Shown here: one piece after another, positions 1 to 13,880 of the stretch | How positions within the stretch are numbered: the stretch's first letter is position 1 | How the letters are laid out: each line of letters opens with the position of its first letter | NCBI RefSeq assembly: GCF_006345805.1 | Contig: NC_043002.1 | Location: 115,506,001-115,570,000 of the forward strand | Length of the DNA: 64,000 nt | Origin: Octopus sinensis | Taxonomy: Eukaryota | Reading direction: 5' to 3' | Translations under genes and position numbers: made by a program | Notes under the pieces: generated by a model | Database searches by the model: none | What the model saw: only the letters and a program-made list of their open reading frames with translations | What the model was told of the DNA's origin: nothing

Positions 1-2132
1 TCTATAGCCAGATGCCCTTCCTCTTGCCAATCTTCACTAATTTCCAAGCAAGCATATATTTTTCCCATAGCCAAGCATGCTTTTCACAGAAGACAGGGAA
101 CAAACAATAGTTATAGACTTGGTGGTGAAACTAATGTCCGGCATGCAACTGGAAATTAAATGAATTTCCAGTTCAGAGCTTTCTTTTCTTCATGCAGTAT
201 ACTCTTAAACAGGTCCTTAGTTGTCCGGGTCAGCTCATCTCAAATGGGAACATACAACAGGGGAGAAAAATCAAACACTTAGGAACAGCCCATAGATGCT
301 ATAGACTGGATTTTTAAAAGAATGCTATGGTTTAGTGTGTGAGGGTATATCATCACCTTTTGGGGTTTTCTGGAACTGGTGAAATTGATGTTCAATTTGA
401 ATATCTGTGGATTAATATGTGCAGGGATTATGTGAACATGAAGGAATACCAGAAGGAATTCTAGTACAAAACATTAGGAAAAGTGGTTATGCAAAACGAC
501 CATATACAGTTGACTGGTTCAGAGAAGCAAAAGGTTGTTATAGAGATAGGATATATATATTTAGAAAATACAGTGTTATAGTTGAATAACAATGAAAAGT
601 ATTACAGAATAAGAGTAATGTTATGGCTAATTTCAAGCTGAAGCGAATTTTTATATATATACCACTAATTTACAAATAGTAGCATTTGTGTCCTGTGGGT
701 TTGTACCTATCTGAAATTATTACCCTCACTGGAGAGGAGATCAATACAGAACAATTCACAATCCTATTTCAATTTCCAGTCCTATCCATTTCACTTATCT
801 ACTAACAGGTAACTAATCATCTTGAGAAAGGCAGAGACATTAGGTTGTTTAATTCCGTCTAAAAATCTAGTGAGTCACAAATGGCTTGGGCAACAGAACA
901 TTCTACTTTAACATTCAACCTAGGCATACATAGGTATCATAAGAGAGGTCAGCTACCTACTGCATCACAAAATTTAGAAATGTTTTCATTTCTTTTCAGT
1001 TGAAAAGATTATGTACCTCACCAATAATTTTGATACCAAGCCATTGCAAAACTGACTCTTTTTCTACTCAGAAACTTTTCATTTATACAGTGTTAGGCTC
1101 AGATCAACCCTGACAAAGCAGATTCACAGTATGTAGATATTCAGTCATTTACTTTGGTGGAGAGGATATAGATTTCTGTTTCAATTTGATGTAGAGAACT
1201 GGTTGTTATTTTGTTTCTAATTAAACTGTACAATCATGCTAGCTATTTTGTAGTTTATTGTTATGACCATTAATACCTTATAATTCTTTCAGCATGGAGT
1301 GAATCATTAAGTGTGTTCTGAGGATGAAAGATTGCAATAGGAATTTTAGGAAATAATTACTGCCCGTGTTGAAATTTACACAATTGTTCGTAAACTAAGT
1401 AAAATGTTAAGGGTGTAAATTTTTGTGAGTGTATAGATTTTAATATGAAAGAAATCAATGCTTTTTACAAGACATTTTATGGAGTGAATTTGAGCAGTAG
1501 AACAGCAAACCAAATATATAGTAGCATTTAGTTACATCTCTTTATGTTCAAAGATCAAATCCTACCTTCAATGTCTTTATCCTTAAGGGGTTAATTAAAA
1601 TAAGTACTGATTAAGTACTGGATTTGATTTAATCAACTGTAGAACCCTTTTGACAAAATATGGTATTGTGTCTAAATCAGAAATCTTTAATAATTATACA
1701 CTGAGCTCAACAGAGCTGGTAGAGTTGGCAAAGAGCCAAATAAGATATTCTACAACATCTAATTATGTAGCACACAATTCTGAGTTCAAACGCCAGAAGA
1801 TTTTGTTTTTACCTATCATCAGTAATATAACAATAAAAATCAAATGCTAAAAGCCACAAAATCAATTAATAGAATTACTTGTGCATAGAAGTCAATAACA
1901 TTTAAAAATCATCATCATTTTAACAACCACTTTTCCATGATTGCATCGGTCAGATGGAATTCGTTGAAGTAAATCTTCTGCAACTGGATGCTCTACCTGT
2001 TGCCTACCCTAACCTGTTTCCAAATAAATAATGTTACCCTACAGTCAGACATGTTTTCACAGAAGATTGGAAATGAAAGGTATTACTGGTATAGAAGGGG
2101 AACTCGTTTACAACTATCAAAGTAAGGAAACA

Positions 2133-2165
<33 letters not shown>

Positions 2166-4644
2166 AAACACAAGTTCCTTTCAGCTTCTCTCTATTAATT
2201 TCATTCACAAAGCTTTGATCTGGGACTGACTCCAAAACCATATGGTTAGAAAGCAAACCTCTTAAGCACACAGCTATGCCAATGCCTCTAACATTGAAAG
2301 ACAAATATCCTTGATCAGAATATCAGTGATATATAACAGTAGTAAAGAAAACCAATGCATCACAATGTTAAAAATGGTAAGGCATTCTTAAAAAATCACA
2401 CACAAGCTATAGAGAAATTTAACAGTTAAAATAGAAGTTCATATAAACAGCAATAAATGTTCTTATGCTTAATTGTTTGTGTAGTATTTGATAAATATAA
2501 AGAAGTCCTAACATCGTACCAGTCACTTTTAAAACCAATCTTTAAAAGGCTCGGGTGCTTAACAGTAGCCTGAAGATGAATATTGGTTGGACATGTTATA
2601 TACAGTTAGTCAATTACAAATAGAAGAATCGAAGATACCATAAACTACAGAGTTATTTGGAAATTGTGTACCAACTGTACAGCTCTGATCAGATCACATT
2701 GCACACATGCACAAGATAAAAGATACTATATTATGATTGATAAAGTTAGCCCTTAAGTAACAAGTGTGTCTTAAGCTACAAGTACTGGTATTACACACAG
2801 CATCCAACAGGGAAGCAAGGAGAGAGGCTTATATGAAGTCTGCACTTGAAACATATGCATGTGCTGTCTGCCACTGAGCAAGAAGATTGGAAAACAATCG
2901 CTGCAGCACATAAGACAACAGCATATAATTTAGGTAGACAGAAACTGTGCATTACATTTTCATAGTAAAAGTGTCATAAAATGTAGAACATAAATATGGA
3001 GTCAATTGTAGAGTGGTTCAATGAATATCCATGATTAACATTAAAGAGTTTTCACATTCAATTTATGGATTAACTGATTCAACAAACTATAGCAAATCAT
3101 CTTTATGAAAGAATGATTTCACTGAAGCAAATGCATTTACAGCCAGAATAACTGTTCTTTATTTCCCAAATATACTTTGATACCTATTCAAGAAGTATTG
3201 CCATTCAAAAATAAACTGCAGGCATCAAAAATATGATTTGATGGTATTATCTAATGAGTAAAAAATTGTTTCAAGATTACTTCAATTTGGTTTGAGATAA
3301 TTTTTACCCTTAAAAATATCAATTTTTACTTGAACAGTGCTCTAAGTACTATCGCTAGCTAAATATATTTTCTTCCAACATCAATGACATTAATTTGTTA
3401 ATCAGAAGGGCAAAAATTTAAGGGAAGAAAACAGTTGATTATATTTTACCTCCATTACTTGACAGGTACTTTATTTTATCAAGCATAGAAATACAAAAGG
3501 TACCCAGAAGATGAAGAGCTGTAACTAAACACCGTAAGACATTTTGACTGATATTTTAATAATGATTCTGTCAAACCTCTGCCTTAAATACTAAAGTTAA
3601 AATCTCAAACTTAGACGTTAACTTAATTTTTGTATTGGGTTTGCAAGGTTCTGGGAGGGTGGGAGCTCATTATATCACTTCTTTACTGTCAGTCAATCGG
3701 TTATGTCCGTCGGTCTGTCCATCACTTTGTCTGTTCCCTCTTCACAGCCAGATGGCTGGACCAATGGTTACGATATTTTTCGGGATTACAAAGACGATCA
3801 GGAAGGTTTTTGGCATTACAAAAATCAGAAAGTACGATTGTGATTATCTAACCAACAAACTAATTGTTTGTTTGTCAAAGTCCTTTCATCACTATTTGTG
3901 ACCTCATCAATGACATGCCCTCTCTCTTGCATGCGTTTTATTATTAAGACACAATTTGATATTATCTTCATGATAAAATTCGCTATCCATCACATCAGCA
4001 ATATTTCTACACATGTTTTATATTCAATAAATTTCTAGTACATTTCAATTCATATTTTACTCTTGTCTCATAACAAAATAACACTGAAGTTTTACTCCAG
4101 TCTGCACAGCTCAAATGAAAGGGAATATAAATTTCACTAAGAATGCCTAAAGTAGTTTCTTGAACTGCTAAAAAAAGCAAATACCCCACTCGTAAGAACA
4201 TCCAAGATAATGTAGTCTAAAAAAATATGGCTGGTTGTGAACAGACACACTGGATATTGTCAAGCAAGAGACAAAAACAAAAAAAAAAACTAGTTATAGC
4301 TATTGATCATAGACTAATGCTGAATTTAGCTTCATCTGTCATACTTGTACTGTAAAACAAATTCGGCAAGAGTTTAAAATTTAAAAAATTATTTTCAAAA
4401 GATTTTTCAAGATTTATTAAATGCTCAGGGCACCACTGAATCTGTGTAATCTATCAAATGGATACCCAAATGTTAGCTACTATCCACCACATACACAAGA
4501 CTGGTCTGAAATTTTCGTAAACCAAATAATTGCAATGTAAATATTAAGTCAAAATAACACTAAACTTATGTGCACATGCTGTAACTAATGAAAGTAATAT
4601 CTTAGCACTTAGAATTTATGCAGTAAAAGGCAGTCAATATTATA

Positions 4645-5981
4645 TCTTACTATAATGGGCGTTGTGTCCATCTATCTGTTCTCTTTTCACGGTCAAACAT
4701 CTGGACCAATGGTCACAATGTTTTTCAAGATTACAAAGGAGGTAATCAGGAAGGTTTTTAGTGAAAAAAAATGTGGAAAAGTATGATTAGTGGATAATGA
4801 GTTTTGTACTAATAAATCACCTATGATTTTTTTTTTTGTTAAAATTCCGGCAACGAGGATTAACTCTGGATTTCCCACTCCAATATAGTTCATAAATTTA
4901 GAGGGTTTAGATTTGTGATACCATCCCTTTATTTCTCATCATAGATGGGTAGATTTGCTATCTTACTATAATGGGCATTATATCCGTCTGTCTGTTCCCT
5001 CTTCACAGCCAGACAGCTGGACTAATGGTTATGATATTTTTCGGGATTACAAAGACGATCATCAGGAAGGTTTTTAGTAGTAAAAAATCAGAAAGTATGA
5101 TTATTTCATGGATATCGATTTTTGAATTGATAAAACACCTTCGCATTTTTATTAAAAATTCACCGACCAAGAGTAACTCGTAACCCCATCGTAGATACGA
5201 AGGGAGTTGCGAGGACGGTTAATAGCAAAAATAAAATGGAAAAAATGTGTGTGATTATTTAGTGGTTATTGAAGTATGTCAGTCTCAAGCAGGATTCAAA
5301 ACGGCTAATTGAAGCAGCAGTTGTTTACATCTCAGTTCTGTCAATCAAAATAACCCATGGTACCAGAACATCCAGACATTATTCACATAAAACAGTGATA
5401 GTTTGATTTTTTGCAACCCTAAAGATGCCACTCGCACATTCACAGCAGTTAAGGCACAGGGTCAAACTTTGGCCAATTATACGTTGCTATGAGTAGAGCA
5501 ATGGACTCCAGTAATTTGAAAAGTAGTGTCAACCAAACAGAAAATATCATCTACAAAAAAGTTTTGTAATCATATTGATATTATCGAAGGGAATACGCTT
5601 CATAAGAAAATTTGTGAAATTTGTAAACAAGCATAAAATAGTGTAAAGAACTAAGTTAAAAGTATATCTAAATAAATTTTTTTCTTAATACTTTTTTAAG
5701 TAGTAAAGGAAAGCTATGGCTTTTGTTGGGAGTGGTCCACATAATGATACAGAGGCTGGAGCCTATTTCAGTTCGGGAGTGAATCGTCATTGCATGTCAC
5801 TTAGTCGCAAACACATGTCGTATAGCTGCAATAGAATGCTGTATCAGCAACAATAATGTGATTTCCCTAAGACAACACCCAGTAATCTATCAAGTCCATT
5901 TACACTTCTCTCAAAACATATTACTGCTATGACTTCTCTCCTTCATTTTATGCCTCCATCGTAGATGGGTGGATTTGCTAG
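4645..5981 (+). mobile_element. Two tandem non-autonomous Helitron units (4645-4960 and 4961-5981), the second carrying a Pif1-helicase C-terminal remnant
   Basis: Both units start TCTTACTATAATGGGC. They end in a CCATCGTAGATGG hairpin (decayed in unit 1) followed by GCTA(G). 5433-5569 translates to RTFTAVKAQGQTL / GQLYVAMSRA...TENIIYKKVL*. A partial third copy lies at about 3700-3850. Confidence 0.75.
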
Positions 5982-7394
5982 AACTCGTAATATCTGCTTT
6001 TATTATAAATAACATAGTAAAATACCAATTTTGGAAATATTGACTTCACTACTCCAATTATAAAACTAAGTCATCAAGTAAAGAGACAACACTTTGGAAC
6101 TGATGAAATTTACATCAAAATACAAATAAACACTTTTGTCTATTTGTGTGTTAGCAAGTTCCAATCTTTAATCTCACTTCCATAACCATTTCTGATGCTG
6201 GCATGCAACAGAATATCATCAAACTAACAAGTTATGTGATAAATGTTAAATTGTATTATTCTTAGTTTGTTTTTTTTTAATTCAGAAAGTTAGGAAATGT
6301 TTTGCAAAAGTTTGAAAAATAAAATAGAGACATTCTCTATCAACTATTTTGTGAATATACAAATTTAAAAATAAGAAACTAAAATGGACATTTAAGAAAC
6401 TATTATGTTTCAATTAGCAATCTCATTTAAAATGCAAAGCATGACAGCAGCAATGTAATAAAGTTCAAATTTCCTAGCTGTTGGTATATCATTATTGTTT
6501 AAAGACAGACTGAACAAACATAAATACCAAACATGAATGATATAAGCAAGGTCAACCATTTCAGCATTTTGAAGCTTTAAGGCATGAATAAAACAAAGAA
6601 ACACTGTCGCTTTACTCTTTAACATTTACTAATATGCACAGTTTAATCTGATATAATCAGGCATAAACACTGTATTGTATAAAATTTATTTATGCATATG
6701 ATAAAAATAACTAAGATGAGAAAAAACCAGTTCAATTAGTTCTATGAGAAAATGATAATATCGACACAAGGTCATCAGCCTTAAGACAAAAAAAAAAAAG
6801 GAAGTTTTGAACTAAAATATAAAAAACATGAAGTGATAAAACTAAATGACACAAAAGATTTTACTCTGATAATTATTGCTTTTGCCAAATCACACACCAT
6901 TAAGTAGAAAAGATTCATTCTGAAGAAGATTTCTACTAAAGAGCATATGGGTAAGTCTTTGAAAATAATATGTAATGAAATGGTAACTTTTTAAAAATAT
7001 TTTCTAAACTGTATCTGAGGCTTCGTGTAGGTTCTGTTTCAGTAGCTTTGTTTGCATACAGATAACTCACTTTCATTGAGAAAAAGGTCTTTAACAATTA
7101 GATTCCTTCTCAACTGTGGGAACAGCACAACAGGAAACAAACTCAATGTATGTAGTTAGTAACTACAGCAGGCAACAATCTAATAACATACCTACTCTTG
7201 TATAACATCACTCATTTATAATATGCAAACTTAATATGGTGCAACAGAATTCAAGAAAAGAATTTCCATTGTGTAAATGTGCAGTGAATTTCAGTATTTT
7301 TATTTATATTTAAAACTGAAACAAACTGAATGAGAAAGTAGATATGTAAGCATATATATATATATATATCAAAATTGATCAACATCAATGGAAA

Positions 7395-7712
7395 TTGTAG
7401 CTGTGATACCAGTGCCGGTGGCACGTAAGAGAACCATCCAAACATGGCCGTTGCCAGCGCCGCCCCGACTGGCCTCCGTGCCGGTGGCACGTAAAAAACA
7501 CCATCTGATCATGGCCGTTTGCCAGTCTCGTCTGGCACGTAAAAAGCACCCACTACACTCACGGAGTGGTTGGCGTTAGGAAGGGCATCCAGCTGTAGAA
7601 ACATTGCCAGATCAGACTGGGCCTGGTGCAGCCTTCTGGCTTCTCAGACCCCAGTTGAACCATCCAACCATGCTAGCATGGAAAACGGACGTTAAACGAT
7701 GATGATGATGAT
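7395..7712 (+). mobile_element. RTE LINE 3' tail fragment
   Basis: GTGCCGGTGGCACGTAAAAAGCACC units, AGGAAGGGCATCCAGCTGTAGAAAC and a (GAT)n tail. The same tail follows the RTE ORF C-terminus in the 16020-16724 copy. Confidence 0.8.
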
Positions 7713-8199
7713 ATGACAAAATAGATTTATAAAATATTTAGTTACACCATCTTACATACATTTCATTAACAAAGAATGATTAGTTATTTAATGTAAATTA
7801 TATAGTAAAATTGCAATATCATTTCTTCAGAGACAGAACATTCATACATCATTCAATTAGTGATAGTGTTGCCATCACAGAAATGGCAACCATCTACATT
7901 AAATCAGGCTGGGAAGGTAGCATATATCTAGTATTAGGTAAAGAGAAGTCCTGTTAAAAAAAAAATAAAGATTAGGTTTTGCATAGGTCAAATGGAATTT
8001 GTTGAGGCAGACTTTATATAGCCAGATGCCCTTCCTGTAGCCAACCTTACCAGTTTCCAAGTAAAGTAATACTTGGTTATGACCAGATAGGTTTTCTGGA
8101 AGGTTAGAGATGAGGAACACTGTATGTCTGATGGTGACATTTGTTTATAACCATCATACGTATGTATGTACATACGTACATATGTGAGAGAGAGGCTTA

Positions 8200-9715
8200 A
8201 TGACTTTGGAAAGTTACAGGCATTGAAGTACTACTATGAAAGTTTATCAAATGTAAAGGATGCACAGGAAAATGAAAGTTGCCCCAACATGGGACCAGCC
8301 ATTATAGTTGGCAACAGCTTGATAAAAGCAATTAAGTAAATGGAAGCAGGAAAAGCCTCAGGGCCTTCAGGAATTACTGATACTTAAAATAAATAGTAGT
8401 GCAGGATATAGCCTTAGTTACCTGCTTAGTCAGTCAGGTTGTACAAGAAGATGTCATACCAAATGACTAACATAACAGCAGTATAGTCAACTGCTACAAG
8501 AGTAAAGGAGATGCCTTAGATAGAATTACAGTGATATTAAATTACTGGACTAATTCATGAAAGTTACAAAAAGAGTTATAAGCTCATTTGATTAGAGAAA
8601 CAATTAATCTAAATGAAATGCAGTTTGGTTTTGTGTCAAGAAAAAATATTACAGATGCCCTCTTCTGATTGAGACAGCAGCAGGTCTTGGCTAAAAGTAA
8701 GCCCCTGTACTTAGTATTTGATGACGAAGAGAAAGTTTTGAACAGAGTGCCTCACTCTGATTTGGTGGTCACTTAGGAAGCTAAAGGTAGACAAGTGGCT
8801 TGTGAAAGACACAAGCTATGTACAGAGGTGTAAGATAAGAGTCAATGGACATAGCAATGAATTTAATGCGCAAGGAGTTTGTCAGGGTTCAGTTCTGAGC
8901 TTTCTCCTTTATCATAGTCTCTCAGGCCATAACAGAGGAGTTTAAGACTAGTTTCCCATGGGAACTGCTAAATACTGAGGACCTTGTTCTTATAACTAAA
9001 TCTGTAATCAAGAGGCCTCAAAATTAACTTAGCAAAGACCAAAATTTTAGTAAGTAGAAAACAGACAGAAGGAAGGAGTTGATAGAAATTTTATAGTGTA
9101 CTTAATGCAAACTGTGGACATACAAAAGGTGTAGTGATAACACAGGCAGGTTAACAGAGAAAGTAAACATTGTATGCAGCAGATAAATTTTCTAAACTGC
9201 TCAGAAGGATCCCTATCTACTACCTAGAAGTAGCAACTTCTGCTCTCTAAATGACCTAATTAGCAGCAAAAGAGGTTGTTCTGAAAGTATAGTTGATAGA
9301 AAAAGTGCAGGAAGCTATTACTGCTGTTGTTAAAAAAATGGTTCATTTGCAAAGTGAAGGGCAGATTTTATGACTCTTGTGTATGCACAGCAATGCTACA
9401 TAGCAGAGGGATGTGGGCTCTAGGTGCAAAGGACATGCAAAGACTAAAAAGAAATGAAGCTAGTATGCTCAATTAGATGTGAAAAGTCAGTGTGCATTAA
9501 TGATAAAGCACAAAATATGTTGAGAGAAAAATAGGGCAAAAAAAGAATTTTAAGTTTTGAGCATTTGTCTGTGCTGCTGTGGCCATGTGATGCATATAGA
9601 TAAGAACAGCTGTATAAAGAGGTGCCACTCATTTAAGGTGGAAACCCAAGAAGACAGAGGTGAAAGTGGTGAAGGCTGATCTCAGGACTTAGAACTTCAA
9701 GGAGATGACAAACAG
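8200..9715 (+). mobile_element. Degenerate RTE LINE reverse-transcriptase region
   Basis: Frameshifted translations include MQFGFVSRKNITDALF and EEFKTSFPWELLNTEDLVL (cf. GCPWELLYADDL), with many stops. Confidence 0.75.
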
Positions 9716-11954
9716 AACTCACCCATCTCGTAAAAACTGAAATTCTGGAAGCACAATATCTACACACACAATTGCGCCCCACACCTAATTTCTTCATCCT
9801 TCCTCTTCATTTCCTATTACTAATCACTTGCCTAACTGCAAGATTTTATTACTGTAATAAAATAAGGGCAGAACTACATATTTTTGTCATTTGTTTGTGG
9901 TACCAGTTATCTTTCTCACTATCTGGAACCACTTCACTTGACATCCATCCTTTATTCATCACATTGTCCCTCTCTATTTCACATTTTACTTTGTTCACTC
10001 CACTCATCTAGGCTACCAAACTATCACTCCCTCTTCACTTACCCATGTCACCATACATCTCTCACTTTCCCTACACACCACATCTTTCTCTTCAATCATT
10101 CTTACATCTCCCTTTCACTGATCATTCTCCTGTCTACTGTATTATTACCATCCTGCTGCACTTCTCCCTACTTTAGTGCAAATCAGCATCTACACCCCAC
10201 CAACTTCCCCAAAATTAAACTCATCATTCATCATCCCTCCACTATTTACTACATTCACCTTTATACATTTCCAACTCTCAACTGAGTTGATGAGGATTTT
10301 AGTCTTGCAAGCTACATAGCAACCTCACTAGTGTTGGTGCCAACAAAAAAAACAAAAACAAAAGACATTCAATCATCTGCAAAGTGGTCGGCATTAGGAA
10401 GAGCATCCAACTGAAGAAACTGTGCCAGAGCAGACATTGATCAGAATGCAGTGCTCCTGTCAATTGGATCCACTCAAATCATCCAACTCAGGCCAACATG
10501 GAAATCAAATATTAAATGATGGTGATGATGAGAGCATTAGTGGTGAGCGTATGTAGGTGGGAGCAGGCACAAATTAAAAGGAAGAGCAAAAGAAACATGG
10601 GTGGGGTGATCAAAGTATATGCAAGGATATGGGTGTGAGATGTTACTGCATGAAAGAACAGCATGAATAATGGAACAAAAGAGGGGGGGAAAGGAGGGAG
10701 TTCAGGAACGGGGGAGAAAAGTAAGAAAAGAAAAATTGTGAAAATTGGAAAAAAGTAGAATTGAAATACAGATACAAAAATGTTGGTTCTCTAAGAAGAA
10801 AAGTGGTGAGGCACACAGAGATGAGTAAAGTGTATAAATAGAAGGAAGGAAAATGTGGAAACTGAACAAGAGAAGTGAGAAAGAGAGGAAAGGTTCGAGT
10901 TCAGGAAGAGATAAGAAGTGCTTGGAAAATAGAAAAGTTGAAAGGAAATTAATTAGATACAACATTGATATAAGAAAAAAATTCTTTCAGTTCTGTGAGA
11001 GAAGAAATCTAAAAACAAAACAGAACACTGATAAGTCTGGGGAGGTTATACAACAGGTACAAAGTCCAAGGAGGAAAGAATGTTCATAGTATAGTGAGAA
11101 ACTGACAGTGGTACCTGCGTGAGCATGTGTGTGTCTGTGTATTTGCTTATAGATATTAATATGATGTGCATATGTACATCATCATAATTAAATGCCCACT
11201 TTTCTATGCTTACATGGATCAGATAAAATTTGTTGAGGCAGATTTTCTGCAGCTGGATGTCCTTGTTTACACACACACACATATGTATAAATGAAATTTA
11301 AAGTGTCCTGCAAGGCACTGCATGTTATCAATAACACATCTCTGGATAGGCTAGTGTGCAGAGTTTGAATCATATCATGCATTAATAAAACCAGAAAACA
11401 TAATTGCATTTTAAATCTTTAGATAATGTGCACATTTCCAAAAGCCAATCGTCGCTTTTATGCAACCTATTGGCCTGCTGCACAAACCACTTGGCTTACT
11501 TACTCAGTAATAATACTGAAGAGGAAACTCAGATTATACAACAGGCCAATCGTCTTGCATAACAATGACAATTGGTTTGAGAAACACATACATGTATATA
11601 AAACAAAAGACACCAATTATGTTTGTTTTTATTGAAATATACATACACGCATATGTATACTTATGAATACATAGGACTAACTACTGACGACTGATCTCAA
11701 AATGCTGAGTTTTACAGAGAAGATAAAAGATTGAGATGATTGATGATTCATTACGCTTGAGAGAACCCATCTGCCACAGTTAGAGATGTTCTAAAATCAT
11801 TGTTTATGACTATACACTCACTGAGCCCTTCCTCTGCACTCTATCAAACCTTCCCCACCATATGTATACACTATATATACAGGTAAATGTACACATTAAA
11901 TAGAAATATGTGCATGTGCATGCATACATATATATATATATCAAAACCAAATTC

Positions 11955-12370
11955 GATTACCGGCATTTGTGCTAGTGGAGCACTAAGAGCACCATCCGAG
12001 CGTGATCGTTGCCAGAGCAACAAACTGGCTTCAGTGCCGGTGGCACGTAAAAAGCACCATTCGAGCGTGATCGTTACCAGCGTCGCCTTACTGGCACGTG
12101 AAAAGACATTCGAGCGAGGTCGCTGCCAGTGCCGCTGGACTGTGCAGGTAGCACGTAAAAAACACCATTTGAGTGTGGCTGTTGCCAGTACTGCCACTGG
12201 TCCTCGTGCCAGTGGCACATAAAAGCACCCACTACACTCTGAGAGTGCTTGGCATTAGGAAGGGCATCCAGCGGTAGAATTCTGCCAGATCAAGATTGGA
12301 GCCTGGTGCAGCCATCTGGTTCGCCAGTCCTCAGTCAAATCATCCAATCCATTATGTGCATTCAAAAATG
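11955..12370 (+). mobile_element. RTE 3' tail fragment with about five GTGCC-N3-GGCAC repeat units
   Basis: Same 3' tail motif as 7395-7712, with an expanded internal repeat. Confidence 0.75.
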
Positions 12371-12721
12371 TCTACAACATTAAGGCTGCATCTAATTCAT
12401 GACCATATGCAAATAGTTTTTAAAAAAACCTATTTGCTGGTGTGCTCTGACAATGCATACATGAGAATAAGTTCAAATTTATGTTAAGAGGTTTATTTCC
12501 CAACCAGATGGTTCCGGGCTCTATCCCAGTGCATGGCACCTTGGGCAATCGTCTTCTTCCAAAGCCTTGTCAGTGGATTTCATAAATGGAAACTCAAAGA
12601 AGTCCATTGTGTTTGTGTATGTATGTCTCCCACTACTATTTAATAACTGATGTTGGTTTGTTTATGTTCCCTGTAACCTAGTGGCTTAGAATAAAGAGAC
12701 CAACAATAAACATCAGACTTT

Positions 12722-12923
12722 CATCCTTTTTCTACCATATTTCTGTTGAGATGCTCTGTGTTTCTTTCAATTAATTTTAAATATAACAAAGAATAAGCTA
12801 GTGTTAGGAACATAAATTGTGATTAGGTTTGGTGGAAAATTTCAATTCAGAAATTTTGAAAACAAGACATTTGCATTACAGAGCCAGTGTCAGTTTCAAC
12901 TGGGTTGGTATCAAAAGGGTTAA
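12722..12923. mobile_element. piggyBac-like MITE with a damaged left end
   Basis: Ends in AAAAGGGTTAA (GGG plus TTAA). The body resembles an octopus TTAACCCTT...AAGGGTTAA MITE as I remember it. Confidence 0.5.
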
Positions 12924-13473
12924 AAAAATTAAGTACTGGGGTTGATCCGATCGATTAAAACCTTACAAGGTGGTGCCCCAGCATGACTGCAGTCCAATGA
13001 CTGAAACAAGTAAAAGATAAACAATACATACACACTCTGCATGTCATTGTTTTAACAGCCATGTTTCCATGGGTCAGATGGAACTTGTTGAGGCAGATTT
13101 TCTAGAACCAGATGCTCTTCTTGTTGCCCCTTTCACCTGTTCCCAACAGCCAGATATTTATCATGAAACATTGGAAACAAACAATACTGCTTGCAGAACG
13201 GTGATGTTTGTTTACAACAATCATATCGTGTCAAGGCTTCTTTCAGTTTCTGTTACCAAATTCACTCACAAAGAACTTGTTGACCTACTCCTACAGTAAA
13301 AGACAAATGCTCAGGTGCTGCACAGTAACTCTGAACTTGAAACGACAAACTTGGAAAGCACACTTCTTAACCACTCAGCCTGTGCACACACTATATACAA
13401 GCTACATGGATACATGCATGCATACACACACACCAATATATATACACAGAGACACCATACATGTGTATGTAAA

Positions 13474-13507
<34 letters not shown>

Positions 13508-13544
13508 CACACACATATATACACACACACACATACATACATGT

Positions 13545-13880
13545 GAAGGCACATGGCTTAGTGGTTAGAGCATAGAGCTTTGAATCGTGAGGTTGTGAGT
13601 TCAATTCCCAGACCGGGCTGTGTGGTGTGTTCTTGAGCAAGACAATTTATTTCACGTTGCCCCAATTAACTCAGCTGTAGAAATGAGTTGCGACATCACT
13701 GGTGCCAAGCTGTATCAGTCCCTTTGCCTTTCCCTTGGATAACATCGGTGGTGTGGAAAGGGGAGGCCGGTATGCATGGGCGACTGCTGGCCTTCCACAA
13801 ACAATCTTGCTCTGACTTGTGCCTTGGAAGGTAACTTTCTAGGTGCAATCCCACGGTCACTCATGACCGAAAGGGGTCTC
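13545..13880 (+). mobile_element. tRNA-derived SINE
   Basis: A box TGGCTTAGTGG and B box GAGTTCAATTCC, followed by a non-tRNA body. There is no complete cloverleaf. Confidence 0.75.

Noticed and set aside
9772-11089. ORFs of 78-133 aa in pyrimidine- or purine-rich tracts
   Set aside because: They are compositional low-complexity sequence from decayed repeats. The same applies at 14448-14873 and 24083-24377.
13545-13625. tRNA gene
   Set aside because: It has A/B boxes only, no full cloverleaf, and continues into a SINE body. The same applies to 28258, 50854 and 54570.
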